Made by a program: the position numbers and the translations under genes. From contig OZ059896.1 of NCBI GenBank assembly GCA_964057225.1, positions 1,984,001 through 2,048,000 on the forward strand: a stretch of 64,000 bases of DNA, given 5' to 3'. The DNA comes from Auanema rhodensis (lineage: Eukaryota; Animalia; Nematoda). Under the pieces are notes generated by a model. That model did not search any database, was not told the origin of the DNA, and saw only the letters and a list, made by a program, of their open reading frames with translations. This document shows, in pieces, positions 39,201 to 51,900 of this stretch (position 1 is its first letter; each line of letters opens with the position of its first letter).

Positions 39201-42200
39201 GTCTATCGTTTTTGCCTTGAAAAAAGAAATCTAAAAACATCTACTTTTTGCTAAATTATTTTGAAATTTTTCGAAAAAATTTTTGTCAAAATGTTTTTGG
39301 AAGCAATGTTGAGTGTACATGGAAACTCAACATACACTAATGCATCATTTTTCAAACGATCATAACTAATTTTTGTATTAAGCGTTTCTCAATGTAGTAT
39401 AGTGCATTCGATGCGGATTTTTAAGCTGCGCCGATCTGTACTATCAGATTTGCGCTAGCTTAAAAATGCACCGAGATATCAACTGATATAAGTTCACACT
39501 TATATCCTCGATTTTCACCCTGAAGAATTAATTTTTTCGTTGAATAACATTGTCCATCGTTTTTGCCTTGAAAAAAGAAATCTAAAAACATCTACTTTTT
39601 GCTAAATTATTTTGAAATTTTTCGAAAAAATTTTTGTCAAAATGTTTTTGGAAGCAATTTTGAGTGTACATGGAAACTCAACATACACTAATGCATCATT
39701 TTTCAAACGATCATAACTAATTTTTGTATTTAGCTTTTCTCAATGTAGTTCAGTGCATTCGATGCGGATTTTTAAGCTGCGTCGATCTGTACTATCAGAT
39801 TTGCGCTAGCTTGAAAATGCACCGAGATATCAACTGATATAAGTTCACACCTATATCCTCGATTTTCACCCTGAAGAATTAATTTTTTCGTTGAATAACA
39901 TTGTCTATCGTTTTTGCCTTGAAAAAAGAAATCTAAAAACATCTACTTTTTGCTAAATTATTTTCAAATTTTTCGAAAAAATTTTTGTCAAAATGTTTTT
40001 GGAAGCAATTTTGAGTGTACATGGAAACTCAACATACACTAATGCATCATTTTTCAAACGATCATAACTAATTTTTGTATTTAGCTTTTCTCAATGTAGT
40101 TCAGTGCATTCGATGCGGATTTTTAAGCTGCGTCGATCTGTACTATCAGATTTGCGCTAGCTTGAAAATGCACCGAGATATCAACTGATATAAGTTCACA
40201 CCTATATCCTCGATTTTCACCCTGAAGAATTAATTTTTTCGTTGAATAACATTGTCTATCGTTTTTGCCTTGAAAAAAGGAATCTAAAAACATCTACTTT
40301 TTGCTAAATTATTTTCAAATTTTTCGAAAAAATTTTTGTCAAAATGTTTTTGGAAGCAATTTTGAGTGTACATGGAAACTCAACATACACTAATGCATCA
40401 TTTTTCAAACGATCATAACTAATTTTTGTATTGAGTGTTTCTCAATGTAGTATAGTGCATTCGATGTGGATTTTCAAGCTGCGTCGATCTGTGTTATCAG
40501 ATTTGCGCTAGCTTAAAAATGCACCGAGATATCAACTGATATAAGTTCACACTTATATCCTCGATTTTCACCCTGAAGAATTAATTTTTTTGTTGAATAA
40601 CAATGTCCATCGTCTTTGTCTTGAAAAAAGGAATCTAAAAACATCTACTTTTTGTGAAATTATTTTGAAATTTTTCGGGAAAATTTTTGTCAAAATGTTT
40701 TTGGAAGCAATGTTGTGTGTACATGGAAACTCAACATACAGTAATGCATCATTTTTCAAACAATCATAACTAATTTTTGTATTAAGCGTTTCTTAATGTA
40801 GTATAGTGCATTCGATGTGGATTTTCAAGCTGCGTCGATCTGTACTATCAGATTTGCGCTAGCTTGAAAATGCACCGAGATATCAACTGATATAAGTTCA
40901 CACCTATATCCTCGATTTTCACCCTGAAGAATTAATTTTTTCGTTGAATAACATTGTCTATCGTTTTTGCCTTGAAAAAAGAAATCTAAAAACATCTACT
41001 TTTTGCTAAATTATTTTCAAATTTTTCGAAAAAATTTTTGTCAAAATGTTTTTGGAAGCAATTTTGAGTGTACATGGAAACTCAACATACACTAATGCAT
41101 CATTTTTCAAACGATCATAACTAATTTTTGTATTTAGCTTTTCTCAATGTAGTTCAGTGCATTCGATGCGGATTTTTAAGCTGCGTCGATCTGTACTATC
41201 AGATTTGCGCTAGCTTGAAAATGCACCGAGATATCAACTGATATAAGTTCACACCTATATCCTCGATTTTCACCCTGAAGAATTAATTTTTTCGTTGAAT
41301 AACATTGTCTATCGTTTTTGCCTTGAAAAAAGGAATCTAAAAACATCTACTTTTTGCTAAATTATTTTCAAATTTTTCGAAAAAATTTTTGTCAAAATGT
41401 TTTTGGAAGCAATTTTGAGTGTACATGGAAACTCAACATACACTAATGCATCATTTTTCAAACGATCATAACTAATTTTTGTATTGAGTGTTTCTCAATG
41501 TAGTATAGTGCATTCGATGTGGATTTTCAAGCTGCGTCGATCTGTGTTATCAGATTTGCGCTAGCTTAAAAATGCACCGAGATATCAACTGATATAAGTT
41601 CACACTTATATCCTCGATTTTCACCCTGAAGAATTAATTTTTTTGTTGAATAACAATGTCCATCGTCTTTGTCTTGAAAAAAGGAATCTAAAAACATCTA
41701 CTTTTTGTGAAATTATTTTGAAATTTTTCGGGAAAATTTTTGTCAAAATGTTTTTGGAAGCAATGTTGTGTGTACATGGAAACTCAACATACAGTAATGC
41801 ATCATTTTTCAAACGATCATAACTAATTTTTGTATTAAGCGTTTCTTAATGTAGTATAGTGCATTCGATGTGGATTTTCAAGCTGCGTCGATCTGTGTTA
41901 TCAGATTTGCGCTAGCTTAAAAATGCACCGAGATATCAACTGATATAAGTTCACACTTATATCCTCGATTTTCACCCTGAAGAATTAATTTTTTTGTTGA
42001 ATAACAATGTCCATCGTCTTTGTCTTGAAAAAAGGAATCTAAAAACATCTACTTTTTGTGAAATTATTTTGAAATTTTTCGGGAAAATTTTTGTCAAAAT
42101 GTTTTTGGAAGCAATGTTGTGTGTACATGGAAACTCAACATACACTAATGCATCATTTTTCAAACGATCATAACTAATTTTTGTATTAAGCGTTTCTTAA

Positions 42201-42999
42201 TGTAGTATAGTACATTCGATGCGGATTTTTAAGCTGCGTCGATCTGTGTTATCAGATTTGCGCTAGCTTAAAAATGAACCGAGATATCAACTGATATAAG
42301 TTCACACCTATATCCTCGATTTTCACCCTGAAGAATTAATTTTTTCGTTGAATAACATTGTCTATCGTTTTTGCCTTGAAAAAAGGAATCTAAAAACATC
42401 TACTTTTTGCTAAATTATTTTCAAATTTTTCGAAAAAATTTTTGTCAAAATGTTTTTGGAAGCAATTTTGAGTGTACATGGAAACTCAACATACACTAAT
42501 GCATCATTTTTCAAACGATCATAACTAATTTTTGTATTGAGTGTTTCTCAATGTAGTATAGTGCATTCGATGTGGATTTTCAAGCTGCGTCGATCTGTGT
42601 TATCAGATTTGCGCTAGCTTAAAAATGCACCGAGATATCAACTGATATAAGTTCACACTTATATCCTCGATTTTCACCCTGAAGAATTAATTTTTTTGTT
42701 GAATAACAATGTCCATCGTCTTTGTCTTGAAAAAAGGAATCTAAAAACATCTACTTTCTGTGAAATTATTTTGAAATTTTTCGGGAAAATTTTTGTCAAA
42801 ATGTTTTTGGAAGCAATGTTGTGTGTACATGGAAACTCAACATACACTAATGCATCATTTTTCAAACGATCATAACTAATTTTTGTATTGAGCGTTTCTT
42901 AATGTAGTATAGTACATTCGATGCGGATTTTTAAGCTGCGTCGATCTGTGTTATCAGATTTGCGCTAGCTTAAAAATGAACCGAGATATCAACTAATAT

Positions 43000-45900
43000 A
43001 GGTTCACACTTATATCCTCGATTTTCACCCTGAAGACTTAATTTTTTCGTTGAATAACATTGTCCATCGTCTTTGTCTTAAAAAAAGGAATCTAAAAACA
43101 TCTACTTTTTGTGAAATTATTTTGAAATTTTTCGGGAAAATTTTTGTCAAAATGTTTTTGGAAGCAATGTTGAGTGTACATGGAAACTCAACATACACTA
43201 ATGCATCATTTTTCAAACGATCATAACTAATTTTTGTATTGAGCGTTTCTCCATGTAGTATAGTGCATTCGATGCGGATTTTTAAGCTGCGTCGATCTGT
43301 GTTATCAGATTTGCGCTAGCTTGAAAATGCACCGAGATATCAACTGATATAAGTTCACACCTATATCCTCGATTTTCACCCTGAAGAATTAATTTTTTCG
43401 TTGAATAACATTGTCTATCGTTTTTGCCTTGAAAAAAGGAATCTAAAAACATCTACTTTTTGTGAAATTATTTTGAAATTTTTCGGGAAAATTTTTGTCA
43501 AAATGTTTTTGGAAGCAATGTTGTGTGTACATGGAAACTCAACATACACTAATGCATCATTTTTCAAACGATCATAACTAATTTTTGTATTGAGCGCTTC
43601 TTAATGTAGTATAGTACATTCGATGCGGATTTTTAAGCTGCGTCGATCTGTGTTATCAGATTTGCGCTAGCTTAAAAATGAACCGAGATATCAACTGATA
43701 TAGGTTCACACTTATATCCTCGATTTTCACCCTGAAGATTTAATTTTTTCGTTGAATAACATTGTCCATCGTCTTTGTCTTGAAAAAAGGAATCTAAAAA
43801 CATCTACTTTTTGTGAAATTATTTTGAAATTTTTCGGGAAAATTTTTGTCAAAATGTTTTTGGAAGCAATGTTGAGTGTACATGGAAACTAAACATACAC
43901 TAATGCATCATTTTTCAAACGATCATAACTAATTTTTGTATTGAGTGTTTCTCAATGTAGTATAGTGCATTCGATGTGGATTTTCAAGCTGCGTCGATCT
44001 GTGTTATCAGATTTGCGCTAGCTTAAAAATGCACCGAGATATCAACTGATATAGGTTCACACTTATATCCTCGATTTTCACCCTGAAGATTTAATTTTTT
44101 TGTTGAATAACAATGTCCATCGTCTTTGTCTTGAAAAAAGGAATCTAAAAACATCTACTTTTTGTGAAATTATTTTGAAATTTTTCGGGAAAATTTTTGT
44201 CAAAATGTTTTTGGAAGCAATGTTGTGTGTACATGGAAACTCAACATACACTAATGCATCATTTTTCAAACGATCATAACTAATTTTTGTATTGAGTGTT
44301 TCCCAATGTAGTATAGTGCATTCGATGCGGATTTTTAAGCTGCGTCGATCTGTGTTATCAGATTTGCGCTAGCTTAAAAATGAACCGAGATATCAACTGA
44401 TATAGGTTCACACTTATATCCTCGATTTTCACCCTGAAGATTTAATTTTTTCGTTGAATAACATTGTCCATCGTCTTTGTCTTGAAAAAAGGAATCTAAA
44501 AACATCTACTTTTTGTGAAATTATTTTGAAATTTTTCGGGAAAATTTTTGTCAAAATGTTTTTGGAAGCAATGTTGAGTGTACATGGAAACTCAACATAC
44601 ACTAATGCATCATTTTTCAAACGATCATAACTAATTTTTGTATTGAGCGTTTCTCCATGTAGTATAGTGCATTCGATGCGGATTTTTAAGCTGCGTCGAT
44701 CTGTGTTATCAGATTTGCGCTAGCTTGAAAATGCACCGAGATATCAACTGATATAGGTTCACACTTATATCCTCGATTTTCACCGTGAAGAATTAATTTT
44801 TTTGTTGAATAACAATGTCCATCGTCTTTGTCTTGAAAAAAGGAATCTAAAAACATCTACTTTTTGTGAAATTATTTTGAAATTTTTCGGGAAACTTTTT
44901 GTCAAAATGTTTTTGGAAGCAATGTTGAGTGTACATGGAAACTCAACATACACTAATGCATCATTTTTCAAACGATCATAACTAATTTTTGTATTGAGCG
45001 TTTCTTAATGTAGTATAGTGCATTCGATGCGGATTTTTAAGCTGGGTCGATCTGTGTTATCAGATTTGCGCTACCTTAAAAATACACCGAGATATCAACT
45101 GATATAAGTTCACACTTATATCCTCGATTTTCACCCTGAAGAATTAATTTTTTTGTTGAATAACAATGTCCATCGTCTTTGTCTTGAAAAAAGGAATCTA
45201 AAAACATCTACTTTTTGTGAAATTATTTTGAAATTTTTCGGGAAACTTTTTGTCAAAATGTTTTTGGAAGCAATGTTGAGTGTACATGGAAACTCAACAT
45301 ACACTAATGCATCATTTTTCAAACGATCATAACTAATTTTTGTATTGAGCGTTGCTTAATGTAGTATAGTGCATTCGATGCGGATTTTTAAGCTGCGTCG
45401 ATCTGTGTTATCAGATTTGCGCTAGCTTAAAAATGCACCGAGATATCAACTGATATAGGTTCACACTTATATCCTCGATTTTCACCGTGAAGAATTAATT
45501 TTTTTGTTGAATGACAATGTCCATCGTCTTTGTCTTGAAAAAAGAAATCTAAAAACATCTACTTTTTGTAAAATTATTTTGAAATTTTTCGGGAAAATTT
45601 TTGTCAAAATGTTTTTGGAAGCAATGTTGTGTGTACATGGAAACTCAACATACACTAATGCATCATTTTTCAAACGATCATAACTAATTTTTGTATTGAG
45701 CGTTTCTTAATGTAGTATAGTGCATTCGATGCGGATTGTTAAGCTGCGTCGATCTGTGTTATCAGATTTGCGCTAGCTTAAAAATGAACCGAGATCTCAA
45801 CTGATATAGGTTCACACTTATATCCTCGATTTTCACCGTGAAGAATTAATTTTTTTGTTGAATGACACTGTCCATCGTCTTTGTCTTGAAAAAAGGAATC

Positions 45901-48900
45901 TAAAAACATCTACTTTTTGTAAATTTATTCTGAAATTTTTCGGGAAAATGTTTGTCAAAATGTTTTTGGAAGCAATGTTGAGTGTACATGGAAACTCAAC
46001 ATACACTAATGCATCATTTTTCAAACAATCATAACTAATTTTTGTATTGAGCGTTTCTTAATGTAATATAGTACATTCGATGCGGATTTTTAAGCTGGGT
46101 CGATCTGTGTTATCAGATTTGCGCTACCTTAAAAATACACCGAGATATCAACTGATATAAGTTCACACTTATATCCTCGATTTTCACCCTGAAGAATTAA
46201 TTTTTTTGTTGAATAACAATGTCCATCGTCTTTGTCTTGAAAAAAGGAATCTAAAAACATCTACTTTTTGTGAAATTATTTTGAAATTTTTCGGGAAAAT
46301 TTTTGTCAAAATGTTTTTGGAAGCATTGTTGAGTGTACATGGAAACTCAACATACACTAATGCATCATTTTTCAAACGATCATAACTAATTTTTGTATTG
46401 AGCGTTTCTCCATGTAGTATAGTGCATTCGATGCGGATTTTTAAGCTGCGTCGATCTGTGTTATCAGATTTGCGCTAGCTTGAAAATGCACCGAGATATC
46501 AACTGATATAGGTTCACACTTATATCCTCGATTTTCACCGTGAAGAATTAATTTTTTTGTTGAATAACAATGTCCATCGTCTTTGTCTTGAAAAAAGGAA
46601 TCTAAAAACATCTACTTTTTGTGAAATTATTTTGAAATTTTTCGGGAAAATTTTTGTCAAAATGTTTCTGGAAGCAATGTTGAGTGTACATGGAAACTCA
46701 ACATACACTAATGCATCATTTTTCAAACGATCATAACTAATTTTTGTATTGAGTGTTTTCCAATGTAGTATAGTGCATTCGATGTGGATTTTTAAGCTGC
46801 GTCGATCTGTGTTATCAGATTTGCGCTAGCTTAAAAATGCACCGAGATATCAACTGATATAAGTTCACACTTATATCCTCGATTTTCACCCTGAAGAATT
46901 AATTTTTTTGTTGAATAACAATGTCCATCGTCTTTGTCTTGAAAAAAGGAATCTAAAAACATCTACTTTTTGTGAAATTATTTTGAAATTTTTCGGGAAA
47001 ATTTTTGTCAAAATGTTTTTGGAAGCAATGTTGAGTGTACATGGAAACTCAACATACACTAATGCATCATTTTTCAAACGATCATAACTAATTTTTGTAT
47101 TGAGTGTTTCCCAATGTAGTATAGTGCATTCGATGTGGATTTTTAAGCTGCGTCGATCTGTGTTATCAGATTTGCGCTAGCTTAAAAATGCACCGAGATA
47201 TCAACTGATATAGGTTCACACTTATATCCTCGATTTTCACCGTGAAGAATTAATTTTTTTGTTGAATGACACTGTCCATCGTCTTTGTCTTGAAAAAAGG
47301 AATCTAAAAACATCTACTTTTTGTAAATTTATTCTGAAATTTTTCGGGAAAATGTTTGTCAAAATGTTTTTGGAAGCAATGTTGAGTGTACATGGAAACT
47401 CAACATACACTAATGCATCATTTTTCAAACAATCATAACTAATTTTTGTATTGAGCGTTTCTTAATGTAATATAGTACATTCGATGCGGATTTTTAAGCT
47501 GGGTCGATCTGTGTTATCAGATTTGCGCTACCTTAAAAATACACCGAGATATCAACTGATATAAGTTCACACTTATATCCTCGATTTTCACCCTGAAGAA
47601 TTAATTTTTTTGTTGAATAACAATGTCCATCGTCTTTGTCTTGAAAAAAGGAATCTAAAAACATCTACTTTTTGTGAAATTATTTTGAAATTTTTCGGGA
47701 AAATTTTTGTCAAAATGTTTTTGGAAGCATTGTTGAGTGTACATGGAAACTCAACATACACTAATGCATCATTTTTCAAACGATCATAACTAATTTTTGT
47801 ATTGAGCGTTTCTCCATGTAGTATAGTGCATTCGATGCGGATTTTTAAGCTGCGTCGATCTGTGTTATCAGATTTGCGCTAGCTTGAAAATGCACCGAGA
47901 TATCAACTGATATAGGTTCACACTTATATCCTCGATTTTCACCGTGAAGAATTAATTTTTTTGTTGAATAACAATGTCCATCGTCTTTGTCTTGAAAAAA
48001 GGAATCTAAAAACATCTACTTTTTGTGAAATTATTTTGAAATTTTTCGGGAAAATTTTTGTCAAAATGTTTCTGGAAGCAATGTTGAGTGTACATGGAAA
48101 CTCAACATACACTAATGCATCATTTTTCAAACGATCATAACTAATTTTTGTATTGAGTGTTTTCCAATGTAGTATAGTGCATTCGATGTGGATTTTTAAG
48201 CTGCGTCGATCTGTGTTATCAGATTTGCGCTAGCTTAAAAATGCACCGAGATATCAACTGATATAAGTTCACACTTATATCCTCGATTTTCACCCTGAAG
48301 AATTAATTTTTTTGTTGAATAACAATGTCCATCGTCTTTGTCTTGAAAAAAGGAATCTAAAAACATCTACTTTTTGTGAAATTATTTTGAAATTTTTCGG
48401 GAAAATTTTTGTCAAAATGTTTTTGGAAGCAATGTTGAGTGTACATGGAAACTCAACATACACTAATGCATCATTTTTCAAACGATCATAACTAATTTTT
48501 GTATTGAGTGTTTCCCAATGTAGTATAGTGCATTCGATGTGGATTTTTAAGCTGCGTCGATCTGTGTTATCAGATTTGCGCTAGCTTAAAAATGCACCGA
48601 GATATCAACTGATATAAGTTCACACTTATATCCTCGATTTTCACCCTGAAGAATTAATTTTTTTGTTGAATAACAATGTCCATCGTCTTTGTCTTGAAAA
48701 AAGGAATCTAAAAACATCTACTTTTTGTGAAATTATTTTGAAATTTTTCGGGAAAATTTTTGTCAAAATGTTTTTGGAAGCAATGTTGAGTGTACATGGA
48801 AACTCAACATACACTAATGCATCATTTTTCAAACGATCATAACTAATTTTTGTATTGAGTGTTTCCCAATGTAGTATAGTGCATTCGATGTGGATTTTTA

Positions 48901-51900
48901 AGCTGCGTCGATCTGTGTTATCAGATTTGCGCTAGCTTAAAAATGCACCGAGATATCAACTGATATAAGTTCACACTTATATCCTCGATTTTCACCCTGA
49001 AGAATTAATTTTTTTGTTGAATAACAATGTCCATCGTCTTTGTCTTGAAAAAAGGAATCTAAAAACATCTACTTTTTGTGAAATTATTCTGAAATTTTTC
49101 GGGAAAATTTTTGTCAAAATGTTTTTGGAAGCAATGTTGAGTGTACATGGAAACTCAACATACACTAATGCATCATTTTTCAAACGATCATAACTAATTT
49201 TTGTATTGAGTGTTTCCCAATGTAGTATGGTGCATTCGATGTGGATTTTTAAGCTGCGTCGATCTGTGTTATCAGATTTGCGCTAGCTTAAAAATGCACC
49301 GAGATATCAACTGATATAAGTTCACACTTATATCCTCGATTTTCACCCTGAAGAATTAATTTTTTTGTTGAATAACAATGTCCATCGTCTTTGTCTTGAA
49401 AAAAGGAATCTAAAAACATCTACTTTTTGTGAAATTATTTTGAAATTTTTCGGGAAAATTTTTGTCAAAATGTTTTTGGAAGCAATGTTGAGTGTACATG
49501 GAAACTCAACATACACTAATGCATCATTTTTCAAACGATCATAACTAATTTTTGTATTGAGTGTTTCCCGATGTAGTATAGTGCATTCGATGTGGATTTT
49601 TAAGCTGCGTCGATCTGTGTTATCAGATTTGCGCTAGCTTAAAAATGCACCGAGATATCAACTGATATAAGTTCACACTTATATCCTCGATTTTCACCCT
49701 GAAGAATTAATTTTTTTGTTGAATAACAATGTCCATCGTCTTTGTCTTGAAAAAAGGAATCTAAAAACATCTACTTTTTGTGAAATTATTTTGAAATTTT
49801 TCGGGAAAATTTTTGTCAAAATGTTTTTGGAAGCAATGTTGAGTGTACATGGAAACTCAACATACACTAATGCATCATTTTTCAAACGATCATAACTAAT
49901 TTTTGTATTGAGCGTTTCTCCATGTAGTATAATGCATTCGATGCGGATTTTTAAGCTGCGTCGATCTGTGTTATCAGATTTGCGCTAGCTTGAAAATGCA
50001 CCGAGATATCAACTGATATAGGTTCACACTTATATCCTCGATTTTCACCGTGAAGAATTAATTTTTTCCTTGAATAACAATGTCCATCGTCTTTGTCTTG
50101 AAAAAAGGAATCTAAAAACATCTACTTTTTGTAAATTTATTCTGAAATTTTTCGGGAAAATGTTTGTCAAAATGTTTTTGGAAGCAATGTTGAGTGTACA
50201 TGGAAACTCAACATACACTAATGCATCATTTTTCAAACAATCATAACTAATTTTTGTATTGAGCGTTTCTTAATGTAGTATAGTACATTCGATGCGGATT
50301 TTTAAGCTGCGTCGATCTGTGTTATCAGATTTGCGCTTGCTTAAAAATGAACCGAGATATCAACTGATATAGGTTCACACTTATATCCTCGATTTTCACC
50401 CTGAAGATTTAATTTTTTCGTTGAAAAACATTGTCCATCGTCTTTGTCTTGAAAAAAGGAATCTAAAAACATCTACTTTTTGTGAAATTATTTTGAAATT
50501 TTTCGGGAAAATTTTTGTCAAAATGTTTTTGGAAGCATTGTTGAGTGTACATGGAAACTCAACATACACTAATGCATCATTTTTCAAACGATCATAACTA
50601 ATTTTTGTATTGAGCGTTGCTTAATGTAGTATAGTGCATTCGATGCGGATTTTTAAGCTGCGTCGATCTGTGTTATCAGATTTGCGCTACCTTAAAAATA
50701 CACCGAGATATCAACTGATATAAGTTCACACTTATATCCTCGATTTTCACCCTGAAGAATTAATTTTTTTGTTGAATAACAATGTCCATCGTCTTTGTCT
50801 TGAAAAAAGGAATCTAAAAACATCTACTTTTTGTGAAATTATTTTGAAATTTTTCGGGAAACTTTTTGTCAAAATGTTTTTGGAAGCAATGTTGAGTGTA
50901 CATGGAAACTCAACATACACTAATGCATCATTTTTCAAACGATCATAACTAATTTTTGTATTGAGCGTTGCTTAATGTAGTATAGTGCATTCGATGCGGA
51001 TTTTTAAGCTGCGTCGATCTGTGTTATCAGATTTGCGCTAGCTTAAAAATGCACCGAGATATCAACTGATATAGGTTCACACTTATATCCTCGATTTTCA
51101 CCGTGAAGAATTAGTTTTTTTGTTGAATGACAATGTCCATCGTCTTTGTCTTGAAAAAAGAAATCTAAAAACATCTACTTTTTGTAAAATTATTTTGAAA
51201 TTTTTCGGGAAAATTTTTGTCAAAATGTTTTTGGAAGCAATGTTGTGTGTACATGGAAACTCAACATACACTAATGCATCATTTTTCAAACGATCATAAC
51301 TAATTTTTGTATTGAGCGTTTCTCAATGTAGTATCGTGCATTCGATGCGGATTTTTAAGCTGCGTCGATCTGTGTTATCAGATTTGCGCTAGCTTAAAAA
51401 TGAACCGAGATATCAACTGATATAAGTTCACACTTATATCCTCGATTTTCACCGTGAAGAATTAATTTTTTTGTTGAATGACATTGTCCATCGTCTTTGT
51501 CTTGAAAAAAGGAATCTAAAAACATCTACTTTTTGTAAATTTATTCTGAAATTTTTCGGGAAAATGTTTGTCAAAATGTTTTTGGAAGCAATGTTGAGTG
51601 TACATGGAAACTCAACATACACTAATGCATCATTTTTCAAACAATCATAACTAATTTTTGTATTGAGCGTTTCTTAATGTAGTATAGTACATTCGATGCG
51701 GATTTTTAAGCTGCGTCGATCTGTGTTATCAGATTTGCGCTAGCTTAAAAATGCACCGAGATATCAACTGATATAGGTTCACACTTATATCCTCGATTTT
51801 CACCGTGAAGAATTAGTTTTTTTGTTGAATGACAATGTCCATCGTCTTTGTCTTGAAAAAAGAAATCTAAAAACATCTACTTTTTGTAAAATTATTTTGA

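Larger units (their letters stand above)
2150..43000. repeat. Domain dominated by subfamily 'B' of the 351-bp monomer, interspersed with 'A' monomers; essentially pure B at ~27420-36350
   Basis: Linked B alleles are TTTTCGTTGA, ACATTGTC(T/C)ATCGTTTTTGCC, TTTTGCTAAA, TTTTCGAAAAAA and often GCAATTTTGAG. GCTAAA creates a minus-strand TAG, so B monomers drop out of the ORF track (no ORF between 27421 and 36356). The last GCTAAA seen is at ~42410. Confidence 0.88.
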
